From an uncultured Collinsella sp. (lineage in GTDB: Bacteria; Actinomycetota; Coriobacteriia; Coriobacteriales; Coriobacteriaceae): DNA of 43,232 nucleotides. The position numbers and the translations under genes are program-made. Below are positions 35,285 to 43,232 of this stretch, piece by piece. Every line of letters begins with the position of its first letter. Within the stretch, counting starts at the first letter, position 1. Where the stretch lies: contig CABUMU010000001.1 in NCBI GenBank assembly GCA_902492855.1, positions 1-43,232 on the forward strand, in the 5' to 3' direction. Under the pieces are notes generated by a model, which made no database searches, was not told where the DNA came from, and saw only the letters and a list, made by a program, of their open reading frames with translations.

Positions 35285-36940
35285 CTAGGCAACCTTTTCA
35301 AGCTTAAGCAGGTCGCTGCGCTCGGCCGCAGCTTCCTTCGCGCTCTTCCACTGATTAAGCGCCAGATCGATCTCGGAACAGCCTTCCTGGATGCGTTTGG
35401 AGTATTTGGCCTCAATCTCTTCTGCCTCCGTAGCGCGCTGCTTGCCCGAGAGGCTCGTCTTTACTAGACAATAGCCAGCCCCCGCAAGAAGCAGAATGCC
35501 AATAACCTGGTTTACAAACGCAAAGAAAGCTACTCCCAAAACAGCGAGGACAACGGCCGCTATCTTGTGGCTCTTGTTGCCCTTCGCAACCTTGACATCA
35601 AGCTCAGCGAGCTCCTTTTTCTTCTCTTCACCGACATAGCGAACATAATCGCCGCGCAGCGCATTACCCTCATCGCCGGTAACCGCCCTGCTTGTCCATC
35701 CGTCGAAGTCAAGGGTGATCGCCTGCGGAAATTCGGGGATGTCGCTCTTGCGATACCGGTTGAAACCACCGTTGATATAGGAACCCAAAAACTGAATCGC
35801 GGTCTTCTTCTTATGCACATCCACAGACGCACTCTGGTCGCGCATCGAGCGTGTCATCTGGTCGATGATGTTCATCGTCTGCTGACGCTTCTCATCGCGG
35901 CGACGATTGACGAGCTCTCGGGCGCGCTCCACGTCTCCGCCAAATGCCTTGACCGCAAGAAGATACTCCTCCTGGCGGCGCAAATTTCGCTCCTTGGAGT
36001 CATCGGAGTTAACGAGCTCCATCAAATGCCTGTCAACCTGCTCGGCAAGCGTCCTCTCGTCAACATCAGAAGCCTTGAGGTCGGCGAAGTCATTGGAGAT
36101 GCTCTCGATTGCCTCGACTTTTCCGAGATACTTATTGATGTAGTCAAACTCCTTGACCACCACCTTGAGCGCCGGATATCTCGAACTCATATCCTCCTCG
36201 TAGCCGGTAAAGTACTCCGCCCATGACTCTGACTGCTCATTCTCGAACTCAGGGCTCTGATTTCTGATCTGCTCGATCCAGCCCGCCATATAGTCGTCGC
36301 ACAGGTGCTTTTCGTCGGTTCCAAAGATGCCGTTGATATAGGCATCGATGTAGACCATCGCATCGGCATCGATGCGGGCGGCGTTTTGCGTCGAGAAGTA
36401 GCGCGCTAACCATTCGTAGCACGTAGCCGTGCGGTTATTACGTCTGCAGATCAGAGCCATCGCAAGCGACGTGTGCTCGTTGTCACGTTTGACAGCCTCG
36501 CGTATTGCGCGCTCTGCAAGATCTCGGTTGTTGTTGATCCATGCCGCAAGGGCAACCAGGACAGGTGCCAGCCAGTAGTCCGGGGTAGAGATCATTAACT
36601 CCTCGGAGACCGTCGAAATCGTCGCCTTGCGCACGAGCGCCGCATCGGTTGCCTGGAGAATACCGACCATGGTGTTTCGAACCACTGAGTAGTTGCCGAA
36701 CTTTTTGTCCATCTCCTGCCGGACGCTCACGAGCTCCGTAGTCGCCTGCTCAAGTGCGGCGGTACGACGCTGCTCGAGCATCATCTCGAGAAAGTCCTTT
36801 CGGAGCTTTTTAAGGTCCTTCCGCACTTCCTCCATTTGCGATTCGACCTTATCGACCTTCGTGGTCATCTGGTCAACTTTTGTTCCAATAGCGGCGATCC
36901 TGCGCTCGATAAGGACAGTATCTACTCCCGAATCACTCAT
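35285..36940 (-). CDS. Coiled-coil / helical protein with two C-terminal TM helices (hypothetical)
   Basis: N-terminal heptads, helical core (PDYWLAPVLVALAAW), IAAVVLAVLGVAFFAFV..VIGILLLAGAG; AAGGTGG RBS before ATG 36940. Confidence 0.8.
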   Translation of the reverse strand: MSDSGVDTVLIERRIAAIGTKVDQMTTKVDKVESQMEEVRKDLKKLRKDFLEMMLEQRRTAALEQATTELVSVRQEMDKKFGNYSVVRNTMVGILQATDAALVRKATISTVSEELMISTPDYWLAPVLVALAAWINNNRDLAERAIREAVKRDNEHTSLAMALICRRNNRTATCYEWLARYFSTQNAARIDADAMVYIDAYINGIFGTDEKHLCDDYMAGWIEQIRNQSPEFENEQSESWAEYFTGYEEDMSSRYPALKVVVKEFDYINKYLGKVEAIESISNDFADLKASDVDERTLAEQVDRHLMELVNSDDSKERNLRRQEEYLLAVKAFGGDVERARELVNRRRDEKRQQTMNIIDQMTRSMRDQSASVDVHKKKTAIQFLGSYINGGFNRYRKSDIPEFPQAITLDFDGWTSRAVTGDEGNALRGDYVRYVGEEKKKELAELDVKVAKGNKSHKIAAVVLAVLGVAFFAFVNQVIGILLLAGAGYCLVKTSLSGKQRATEAEEIEAKYSKRIQEGCSEIDLALNQWKSAKEAAAERSDLLKLEKVA

Positions 36941-37012
36941 CTGTACCACCTTTCAGTTTGCACTGTTTAGATCATCCAATAGCTTTAAGCGAGTAAGCGC
37001 CCGCCATCTGCT

Positions 37013-37819
37013 TTATTGAGAGGCCATGCTTCGGTATTGCTCGGACACCTGCTGATAGGCCACAAGAAACTTCTGTTTGTATTGGCTTGCCTTCATCGAA
37101 TTGACGATGCGACCGACGGGCTCCACATAGTGTTCGAAAAAGTACGAAGTCCTTCTTCGTAACGCAAACGAACCAATTTTATAGGGGGACCCGGGGTTCT
37201 CTCTAATGCCCTTGAGTAGTGCAAGACACGTTTTGGGTGTATTGCAGTTGGCGGCAATATCTTGATAGAAACTCTCCCGCTCTGCAGTCATAAAGTCTTC
37301 CGAAGCATACCGCGCTATGCAGAACGGGCACACAGCATCGATAAAGTTCTCAAGTCGAGACCGATCCTCCATGCTCTGCATATTGGCGACCACGAGCGAT
37401 ACCATCTGAACCTCAAAGTCACGCATGTTGTAGAGCGTCGACTCAAACAAGTCGATCAAGTCACGCACCTCATCATATTCGAGAGGGATATCTTCGGCCC
37501 TTTTAAAGAAAACCGTCATCGAACCCGAAAGACCTTCGCAAAACTCATCGCAGTACGCAACCATAAACTGTGCCGCCGCGTTGTCTTGCATCATATTGAG
37601 CACGTCCGCGGCAAATTTGCGGGCCTCCGGGAAGTTGCCGCCCTTAAAAAACTTGATGGCATTGTCCTTGGCAAACGCGATTTTGCCCGTGGCCCCCAGA
37701 CGCGCCCGCGAATAGTACATCTCGCGACCGCACTGGTTGCAATGAACCTTTCGAGTTGCGGGGTCAAACTCGACATCGGTGCTGCCGCAGCCCTCGCAAG
37801 TTATTCCGTTGATTTCCAA
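37013..37819 (-). CDS. Zinc-ribbon plus TPR-like helical protein (hypothetical)
   Basis: CEGCG...CNQCG zinc ribbon followed by AIKFFKGGNFPEARKFAADVL TPR-like helices; TTG start uncertain (37819 or 37837). Confidence 0.75.
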   Translation of the reverse strand: MEINGITCEGCGSTDVEFDPATRKVHCNQCGREMYYSRARLGATGKIAFAKDNAIKFFKGGNFPEARKFAADVLNMMQDNAAAQFMVAYCDEFCEGLSGSMTVFFKRAEDIPLEYDEVRDLIDLFESTLYNMRDFEVQMVSLVVANMQSMEDRSRLENFIDAVCPFCIARYASEDFMTAERESFYQDIAANCNTPKTCLALLKGIRENPGSPYKIGSFALRRRTSYFFEHYVEPVGRIVNSMKASQYKQKFLVAYQQVSEQYRSMASQ

Positions 37820-37873
37820 TAGCTTCCCCCACTTCAACCATCAAAGTGCCCTGGTAAAAAGCAGCGCGAGCCC

Positions 37874-38575
37874 TTATTTGACAGCGGTCAGCGCCGCATT
37901 GCGCTTTTTCCAGATATTGCGCGCATCATGGACAAGGCCAACCGTAACATCTGCCGGCTCATCGGCACTCATGGAATTCGAGACCGCCTCAAGCGCGGCG
38001 GAGAACTGTCGCTCGATCTCTTGAACATGGGGGTGCGACATGTTGGAACTAAAGGAGATGTCATCCTTGAGCCCCTTGAGTTCGGCTTTAACCTGAGCGT
38101 CCTCCGCTACGGCAAGAAGCTGCCCCACATATGATCCGAACTGTGCCGTTTGAACCGTCTTTGCGAGGGCGGCGGCAACCTTTTGGTCTGCCCGGCGGGC
38201 ATAGGAGCCAAGACCCATCTGCACAAGGACAAGCACAACGAGAAGAACAACGTTTGCGACAACCGGGATCGTGCTGCCGCCCCACCCATACGCCACAAAC
38301 GCAAAGTACGTATTGGCAAGAAGGGCAACAACAAAATAGGCACAGCTGGATGCAATCGGCAAATAATGGATTTCGGTCGTGCTTTTGACCGTGGACTGCT
38401 TATCGGACATGGTAGCCGAAATCGAAGCCACCGCAAAAGCCAAAACCCCAAAACCAAGCGACATAGCAAAGACGATAGGGTTCATCAGCGCGTTTTTGCA
38501 GACAAACATGATTACAAGCCACGCCACCAAGACGATTGCCTCGCCCAAAATGACACGTTTAACAGAACCGTTCAT
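37874..38575 (-). CDS. Four-TM membrane protein with helical C-terminal domain (hypothetical)
   Basis: Four hydrophobic segments then a soluble helical domain; AGGAG RBS. Confidence 0.8.
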   Translation of the reverse strand: MNGSVKRVILGEAIVLVAWLVIMFVCKNALMNPIVFAMSLGFGVLAFAVASISATMSDKQSTVKSTTEIHYLPIASSCAYFVVALLANTYFAFVAYGWGGSTIPVVANVVLLVVLVLVQMGLGSYARRADQKVAAALAKTVQTAQFGSYVGQLLAVAEDAQVKAELKGLKDDISFSSNMSHPHVQEIERQFSAALEAVSNSMSADEPADVTVGLVHDARNIWKKRNAALTAVK

Positions 38576-38587
38576 CTTTGTTTCTCC

Positions 38588-39964
38588 TTATTGGATCTTA
38601 GTTCCACAATCGGGGCAGAATTTGGTCCCTTCCGGCAACTCGGCTCCGCAGCTCGGGCACCTTGGCGAGGTCAACCGGTTCCCGCACTCAAGGCAGAACT
38701 TGGCACCGACCGGGTTAAGATGCCCACACGCCAAACACGCAACACCCTGCTCGAGCTTTTGTCCGCATTCCAGGCAGAACTTAGCACCCATCGGATTAAC
38801 GTTTCCGCAACCGGGACACACGAGACCGTTTTGCATACCTGCGGACGCGGAAGCCGTTCCAACCATGGGAGCAACAGCGCCCATGGTCTGGTTGGCCAAG
38901 TTGGAGAAGCCAGCTCCAAATGCACCGCCCATGCCAACGCCCATGCCGAGTCCCATGCCGGCTCCCATGAGGCCCGATGCGGCACTCCCCTCATTGCCCG
39001 CAGCACTCTCCATTACGTCCATGCCGCGCTCCTGCTGATAGTTGTAGCCTTCGCGCGCACGCTTCCTGGCAAGTGCCTCGGACTCGATGTCCATCTGGGC
39101 AGCGTTACCCTGTGCCTCGAGAATGCTCCGCTTACGCTGGATCTTCATCTCGTTGATGGCGGCAAGATCCTCTTCGAAGGGCTTGATGCTGTTGAACGAG
39201 AAGTTATCGAGTGTGAGACCAAACTCATCGAAATAGTTAACGAGCTTGACCTGCATCTGAGACGAGAAGTCGCTCAGATGCGTCGCAATTTTAAGAACGG
39301 AAACCTCCTGGTCAACAATCGCCTTAGCAAGCAAGTCGGGAACATACTCAAGGATTTTTGCCCGCATAAAGGAGGTAAGTTCTTCTCGTGTATAGCGATC
39401 TCGCGTGCCCACGACCTTAACAAGGAACTTCCTCGCCTGAATGGGAACCAGACTCGAGTCATTCTGCTCGATATGCGCACCGAATAAACCAAAGGCACGA
39501 ACGTGAACGTTAACGTCTTCCTCAGGGTCTTGGACGATGATGGGCTCGGTCGTGCCCCAGCGCAGCTCGTTCATGTAGTTGGTATTGATAAAGTACACAA
39601 CGGAATGGAACGCCGAGCTACCGCCGGTAAGCGAATGGGCGGCATTGCGAAACGGGGCGAATCGGCTGTCACCCGTGTCGAGCTTGATCTTGCACGGACC
39701 GACAAACACGCTTACCTGAGAATCGCCGGCACCCGTAGCGTCGGTAGAACTGCCCGCCCCCATATTGTTGGTAAAAACGGCAATCTGTGACTGCGCGACC
39801 TGGAGATAGGACCCGTTGGGAAAATCCTCGTAGGGATAGCGGAATGAGACAAGCGAGGCATCTTCGTCATTGCCAGGTTCCCATTTGATATTATCGACAG
39901 AAAAGGCACCGAGTATTCCGCCGTGCTTTTCTTCCTTTTCGTTATCACTGTGGAACAGAGACAT
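38588..39964 (-). CDS. SPFH (band 7-like, YdjI / virion-core-protein type) protein with C-terminal multi zinc-ribbon
   Basis: GSYLQVAQSQIAVF, VYFINT...WGTTEPI...VRAFG, Gly/Met-rich linker GMGLGMGVGMG, three CxxC...KFCxxCG ribbons; AAGGA RBS before ATG 39964. Confidence 0.85.
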   Translation of the reverse strand: MSLFHSDNEKEEKHGGILGAFSVDNIKWEPGNDEDASLVSFRYPYEDFPNGSYLQVAQSQIAVFTNNMGAGSSTDATGAGDSQVSVFVGPCKIKLDTGDSRFAPFRNAAHSLTGGSSAFHSVVYFINTNYMNELRWGTTEPIIVQDPEEDVNVHVRAFGLFGAHIEQNDSSLVPIQARKFLVKVVGTRDRYTREELTSFMRAKILEYVPDLLAKAIVDQEVSVLKIATHLSDFSSQMQVKLVNYFDEFGLTLDNFSFNSIKPFEEDLAAINEMKIQRKRSILEAQGNAAQMDIESEALARKRAREGYNYQQERGMDVMESAAGNEGSAASGLMGAGMGLGMGVGMGGAFGAGFSNLANQTMGAVAPMVGTASASAGMQNGLVCPGCGNVNPMGAKFCLECGQKLEQGVACLACGHLNPVGAKFCLECGNRLTSPRCPSCGAELPEGTKFCPDCGTKIQ

Positions 39965-40087
39965 ACTGATTCCTTTCGTTAATTCCAAACCACGCACTCC
40001 GCGTGTCTAATGAATTGCGAAATGCCGAGCCGACAGGCATGCCGAAAGTCCGTGCGCCCCAATCTATCCCCCGACTTAGCTTGGTAA

Positions 40088-40093
40088 ATTATA
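40088..40093 (-). promoter_or_regulatory. Candidate -10 box (TATAAT) for the SPFH operon
   Basis: Perfect TATAAT on the minus strand about 125 bp upstream of ATG 39964; no convincing -35. Confidence 0.35.
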
Positions 40094-40161
40094 GCCCTCA
40101 ATCCATCGCATTTAGTCACCCGCCGGCGAGCGGTAATAATGTCGCACCTTTGGTCAACTGA

Positions 40162-40251
40162 CGAAGAACCGGGAGGGTTCGAACCCCAGATACCCTTTTG
40201 GGGCATACCCGCTTAGCGGGCGAGTGTCTTCGGACTCTCGGTCAGCTCTTC
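40162..40251 (-). tRNA. Degenerate tRNA-Ser(GCT)-like sequence (pseudo-tRNA or tRNA-like RNA)
   Basis: GAAGAGCTGACCGAGAGTCCGAAGACACTCGCCCGCTAAGCGGGTATGCCCCAAAAGGGTATCTGGGGTTCGAACCCTCCCGGTTCTTCG: 7-bp acceptor stem, GCT anticodon, long variable arm, TTCGAA loop, G discriminator; but broken D-stem, no GG in the D-loop, C33 and no CCA. Confidence 0.7.
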
Positions 40252-40352
40252 GTAACGGCCGTTTTAGCTGTAACTAAACTCGTCGGATGGAACAAGGGGA
40301 AAGGTATAGGAGCCGCGCACGTCGTAATGCCAAAATGCCTCGGCTAAAGTTA

Positions 40353-41843
40353 CTAGCTCTCGTGATAGGCCAGAATCGACCGGCACGGATACCCTTCAGA
40401 GCCGCATTCCGCGGACGCTACGACCTTTCCGTCTTTATAAAACTCAACATACCAAACGTACGTTGCCGCCCCCTCCCAATAGCTTGGCCTATCAGCGACC
40501 TTGTACGTAATAGAGGCGTCATCTGGCACAATCAACTCGCGCTTGGCGTTTGCAATGAACGCATCCATGTCGGCGATCACGCCATCGTCGCCCGCAGCGG
40601 CCTCCCCATCGTCGCCGCTATCGGATGCCGCTTCAGATGGTGCTTGAGATGCGCCAGTTCGATCGTCTGCAGCGCCAGAGCCGTCCTTCAAAGAGCTCTC
40701 CGAAGGCTCCGCTCCTTTGAATGCCTTCCACATATCGCTGCTTGCAGACGGCTTTTCAATGTCGGCCTCCGGATGCTCCCCGGCAATCTCGTCAAGAGTT
40801 TTGCACGCTTCTTCACGCCCCTGGACCATCGTCTCCTGTGGTTTGCCACCATCCTCGACGGTCCTCACCAAGTAGGCGCCATTCTGTCTATCGAATTCCT
40901 TATTTTGAATTTGCACCGCGTCTACGACCTCAGGACCCTTTGCAGTAAGCGAAATATAGAAGTCTGCCTGGTTACAATCCTGACTACAAGTAAATTTAAC
41001 GATGCCGTCCTTACAGACAGTAATGACTTGGCTCTCACCCTGAGCAATAAAACCGTCATACTGATTCGTCATATTGCTGGAGCCTTCTACCATCTCTGAC
41101 GAAGGCATAACCGAAACGGCCTTTCCATCAACAAAGCAGTAGGCACCTACAATCGCCGAAATATCGTTCTGCGCATCGACAGACCCAATAAACAACTCGT
41201 CAATTCCGTCGCCGTTCAAATCATCGAAAGCATAGTAGTAGTTTAAAAAGCCGGGAGCATTCTGGCTGTCATAAACGAATATCTGCCCCAGCCCAGAATC
41301 ATCGCCGCACCCCAGAGCCCAGTCGTCGTAGTTGGCAGTACCAGCTCCCTTCTGCTCGCAATAGCTCACAAAGTCCTCGTAACGCGCAACCACGCCCTCG
41401 TAGGCCTTGTGCGCTTTCTTGTTAGCTGCCGCGACCTTCTTTTGAGACGACTTATTCTCGACTGCAGCCGGCTGTTCCTGCTGCTGCAGCTGAGGCAGCA
41501 CAAAGGCCTCGTAAGCTTTGACCAGTGCGTAGGCGACACTAGCGGTAAAGATGATTGCTGCAAAAATGGCGACAAACGTAGGCACGGCAAAACGGCCGAT
41601 CTGCCGACGCTGCATCATAAAGGCCGCAAAGGACATATGCTCAGAGGGCGCCGGAGAAGCGCTCTCTGCGCGAGATGCAGCAGGATCGCTCGTCGCTTTT
41701 CTATCAGCAGGCGCCTTTGGTGTACCTGAAAGAAGCGGCTGCTGAGCATTCGCCGGCGCATCATCCACATCCAACGGTTTTCCGCATGCGGAACAGTATC
41801 GCGCCCCGTCTTTGATCTTTGCCCCGCAGCTTGCGCAGTACAT
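40353..41843 (-). CDS. Zinc-ribbon single-pass membrane protein with large extracytoplasmic domain
   Basis: MYCASCG...YCSACG, one TM helix (FVAIFAAIIFTASVAYALV), YYAFDDLNGDGIDELFIG calcium-loop-like motif. Confidence 0.85.
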   Translation of the reverse strand: MYCASCGAKIKDGARYCSACGKPLDVDDAPANAQQPLLSGTPKAPADRKATSDPAASRAESASPAPSEHMSFAAFMMQRRQIGRFAVPTFVAIFAAIIFTASVAYALVKAYEAFVLPQLQQQEQPAAVENKSSQKKVAAANKKAHKAYEGVVARYEDFVSYCEQKGAGTANYDDWALGCGDDSGLGQIFVYDSQNAPGFLNYYYAFDDLNGDGIDELFIGSVDAQNDISAIVGAYCFVDGKAVSVMPSSEMVEGSSNMTNQYDGFIAQGESQVITVCKDGIVKFTCSQDCNQADFYISLTAKGPEVVDAVQIQNKEFDRQNGAYLVRTVEDGGKPQETMVQGREEACKTLDEIAGEHPEADIEKPSASSDMWKAFKGAEPSESSLKDGSGAADDRTGASQAPSEAASDSGDDGEAAAGDDGVIADMDAFIANAKRELIVPDDASITYKVADRPSYWEGAATYVWYVEFYKDGKVVASAECGSEGYPCRSILAYHES

Positions 41844-41847
41844 ATAT

Positions 41848-41856
41848 CCCCCCCCC
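41848..41856 (-). repeat. G9 homopolymer at the ribosome-binding position of the 41843 gene
   Basis: Minus strand GGGGGGGGG-ATAT-ATG. Confidence 0.85.
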
Positions 41857-41995
41857 TAGAACTTCAGCATATCGAAACGATAGTCCACAGCCTGCAAACA
41901 GAAAAGGCCCAGGACAATTTGCTCGATTGTAAACCTTTTCTTTCACCTTTCAAATTCGCCTGACCCCACGCGGAAGGCATGCGACGGGCTACTTG

Positions 41996-42613
41996 CTAGG
42001 CGCGAGCCATGTGCAGCTTGATTGCCTTGAAGATGATGTTGGCAACCGAGACGATAGGCCAAAGTGCCACCATCGTCATCGGGGCTAATTCGGGAACAAC
42101 CGGAACCGCTCCGTGAATCACGCTGCCCAACCAGTAAAAAAGCATCAGAACAACGACAGGAAGGCCCACGAGAACCACAAGTTCGATTAGCATAATCGTG
42201 ATACCGATAATGCCGCCACCATAGACAAAGGGAAGCCTTACACCGCTGCGGTACAGCGAGATAATTACCTTCCAGGGACCAATCAGAAGCAGCCCCAGCA
42301 GAATCATATAGTCGAGCCCCAGTGAGCCCCCTCCCAGCACGTAATTGAAAAAGAGCACATAGAGCAACGAAATCACTGACGCTCGCGTAAGGGACCCGAT
42401 GGACTCGCGAAGTGAATCTTGCAGGCAAGCAGCGGCCTCTGCATCCTCCGCCGCTTGAAACTGAGCCTCGACAGACTGGCTCTCAATCGGCCGGGCCTCG
42501 ACGTAAATCGCGTCTCCCGCCGTGCTGGCCGCAGCCGCGACTGTAGGCGTTCCGCACACGCCGCAGAACTTGGCGCCGTCGTTAATCTCTGCTCCACACT
42601 GTTTGCAATGCAT
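41996..42613 (-). CDS. Zinc-ribbon multi-pass membrane protein
   Basis: MHCKQCG...KFCGVCG followed by several TM segments; AAGGA RBS. Confidence 0.85.
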   Translation of the reverse strand: MHCKQCGAEINDGAKFCGVCGTPTVAAAASTAGDAIYVEARPIESQSVEAQFQAAEDAEAAACLQDSLRESIGSLTRASVISLLYVLFFNYVLGGGSLGLDYMILLGLLLIGPWKVIISLYRSGVRLPFVYGGGIIGITIMLIELVVLVGLPVVVLMLFYWLGSVIHGAVPVVPELAPMTMVALWPIVSVANIIFKAIKLHMARA

Positions 42614-42752
42614 GATCGGGTCCTTTCTCGTTACCCCTTTTCTTGACGATCACAAGATACGATTGGCCGTTTATCCGATATAGAGATTTTGACCGGGTAA
42701 TTTTCCTAAACGTGCTACGCTATTAAACCTTCAGCTAGAGACAGGGGTAACA

Positions 42753-43232
42753 ATGTTTGAGTTCTCCCAAACACGCACCGTTGAAGGTTCGATTCCGTTT
42801 AAGAAAGTCAACCTCATAGAGAACGAACCCAATAGGCCCGTTGGCGAGGCCCAGCTTGTCTTTGAACTCTACATGCCCACCGAGCTGGCCGGCAGCAAAA
42901 GCAACGAAGGGCCCGCACACAGCGAGCGCCATGCCGATCTGATCAGGCTGGCATCATGCATCGAACCCACCGCCGTTAAAGAGCAGCCCTTCCGCGCAAG
43001 CCTCTTTAACGTACTTGATTACGCCGAACAGACCGGGCCGCTTTTTGGCAAGCACGCAATAGAATCCGTACGCGATTGGGCCAATGCCGCGATGGCAGCA
43101 CTTATTGCCATGCGCATCCAGGAATACCTCAACGGGAGCTGCACCATCGCAAAGGTCTCCGCATTGGAAAGAATCGAGAAATCAGTGGTAACCTGCGCGG
43201 CAAACGGGTCATCCTTCAAGATCTACACCACT
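42753..43232 (+). CDS. Hypothetical protein, 5' part, runs off the window end (absent from the ORF track)
   Basis: AGGGG RBS, ATG 42753, 160 open codons (MFEFSQTRTVEGSIPFKKVNL...SFKIYTT) with no stop before the window ends. Confidence 0.65.
   Translation, partial: MFEFSQTRTVEGSIPFKKVNLIENEPNRPVGEAQLVFELYMPTELAGSKSNEGPAHSERHADLIRLASCIEPTAVKEQPFRASLFNVLDYAEQTGPLFGKHAIESVRDWANAAMAALIAMRIQEYLNGSCTIAKVSALERIEKSVVTCAANGSSFKIYTT

Noticed and set aside
19665..39487. Other long antisense ORFs (19665-21170, 21477-22427, 24883-26097, 27639-29675, 32241-33374, 38150-39487)
   Set aside because: They overlap well-supported genes on the opposite strand and have no independent coding evidence

Overview
High-GC anaerobic gut actinobacterial DNA. 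Gene content and codon style suggest Coriobacteriia, probably Collinsella; this is inference, not tested. About 1-34 kb is mostly core genome: an Ech-type group 4e [NiFe]-hydrogenase operon with an EchA-EchB fusion, a bilirubin reductase (bilR, HGDR motif), initiator tRNA-Met, coaX, a folP-folK fusion, a sirtuin, xth, an ECF transporter, glmU-prs, pth, NfnAB, a polar amino-acid ABC transporter, yqeY, prsA, a PTS IIA and a RelB-like/PIN toxin-antitoxin pair. From about 34.9 kb to the end is a visibly more AT-rich accessory block with an SPFH/zinc-ribbon/membrane operon and a degenerate tRNA-Ser(GCT)-like sequence. The most striking unexplained signal is a set of unrelated but similarly built inverted-repeat systems: (1) an AbiEi/DUF559-like nuclease gene bracketed by two ~200-bp elements sharing 24-26-bp terminal inverted repeats (22420-24142); (2) an AAA+/DUF4143 nuclease gene bracketed by three copies of a 43-bp palindrome (10400-11801); (3) an orphan array of eight alternating 15-bp inverted repeats with fixed 25-26-bp spacers (8910-9206); (4) a ~190-bp inverted-repeat-bounded element lying in frame inside an ABC ATPase gene (17673-17863). 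These may be traces of an undescribed class of nuclease-plus-palindrome selfish or defence modules analogous to REP/RAYT. No database search or computation was run; family calls come from motif recognition.
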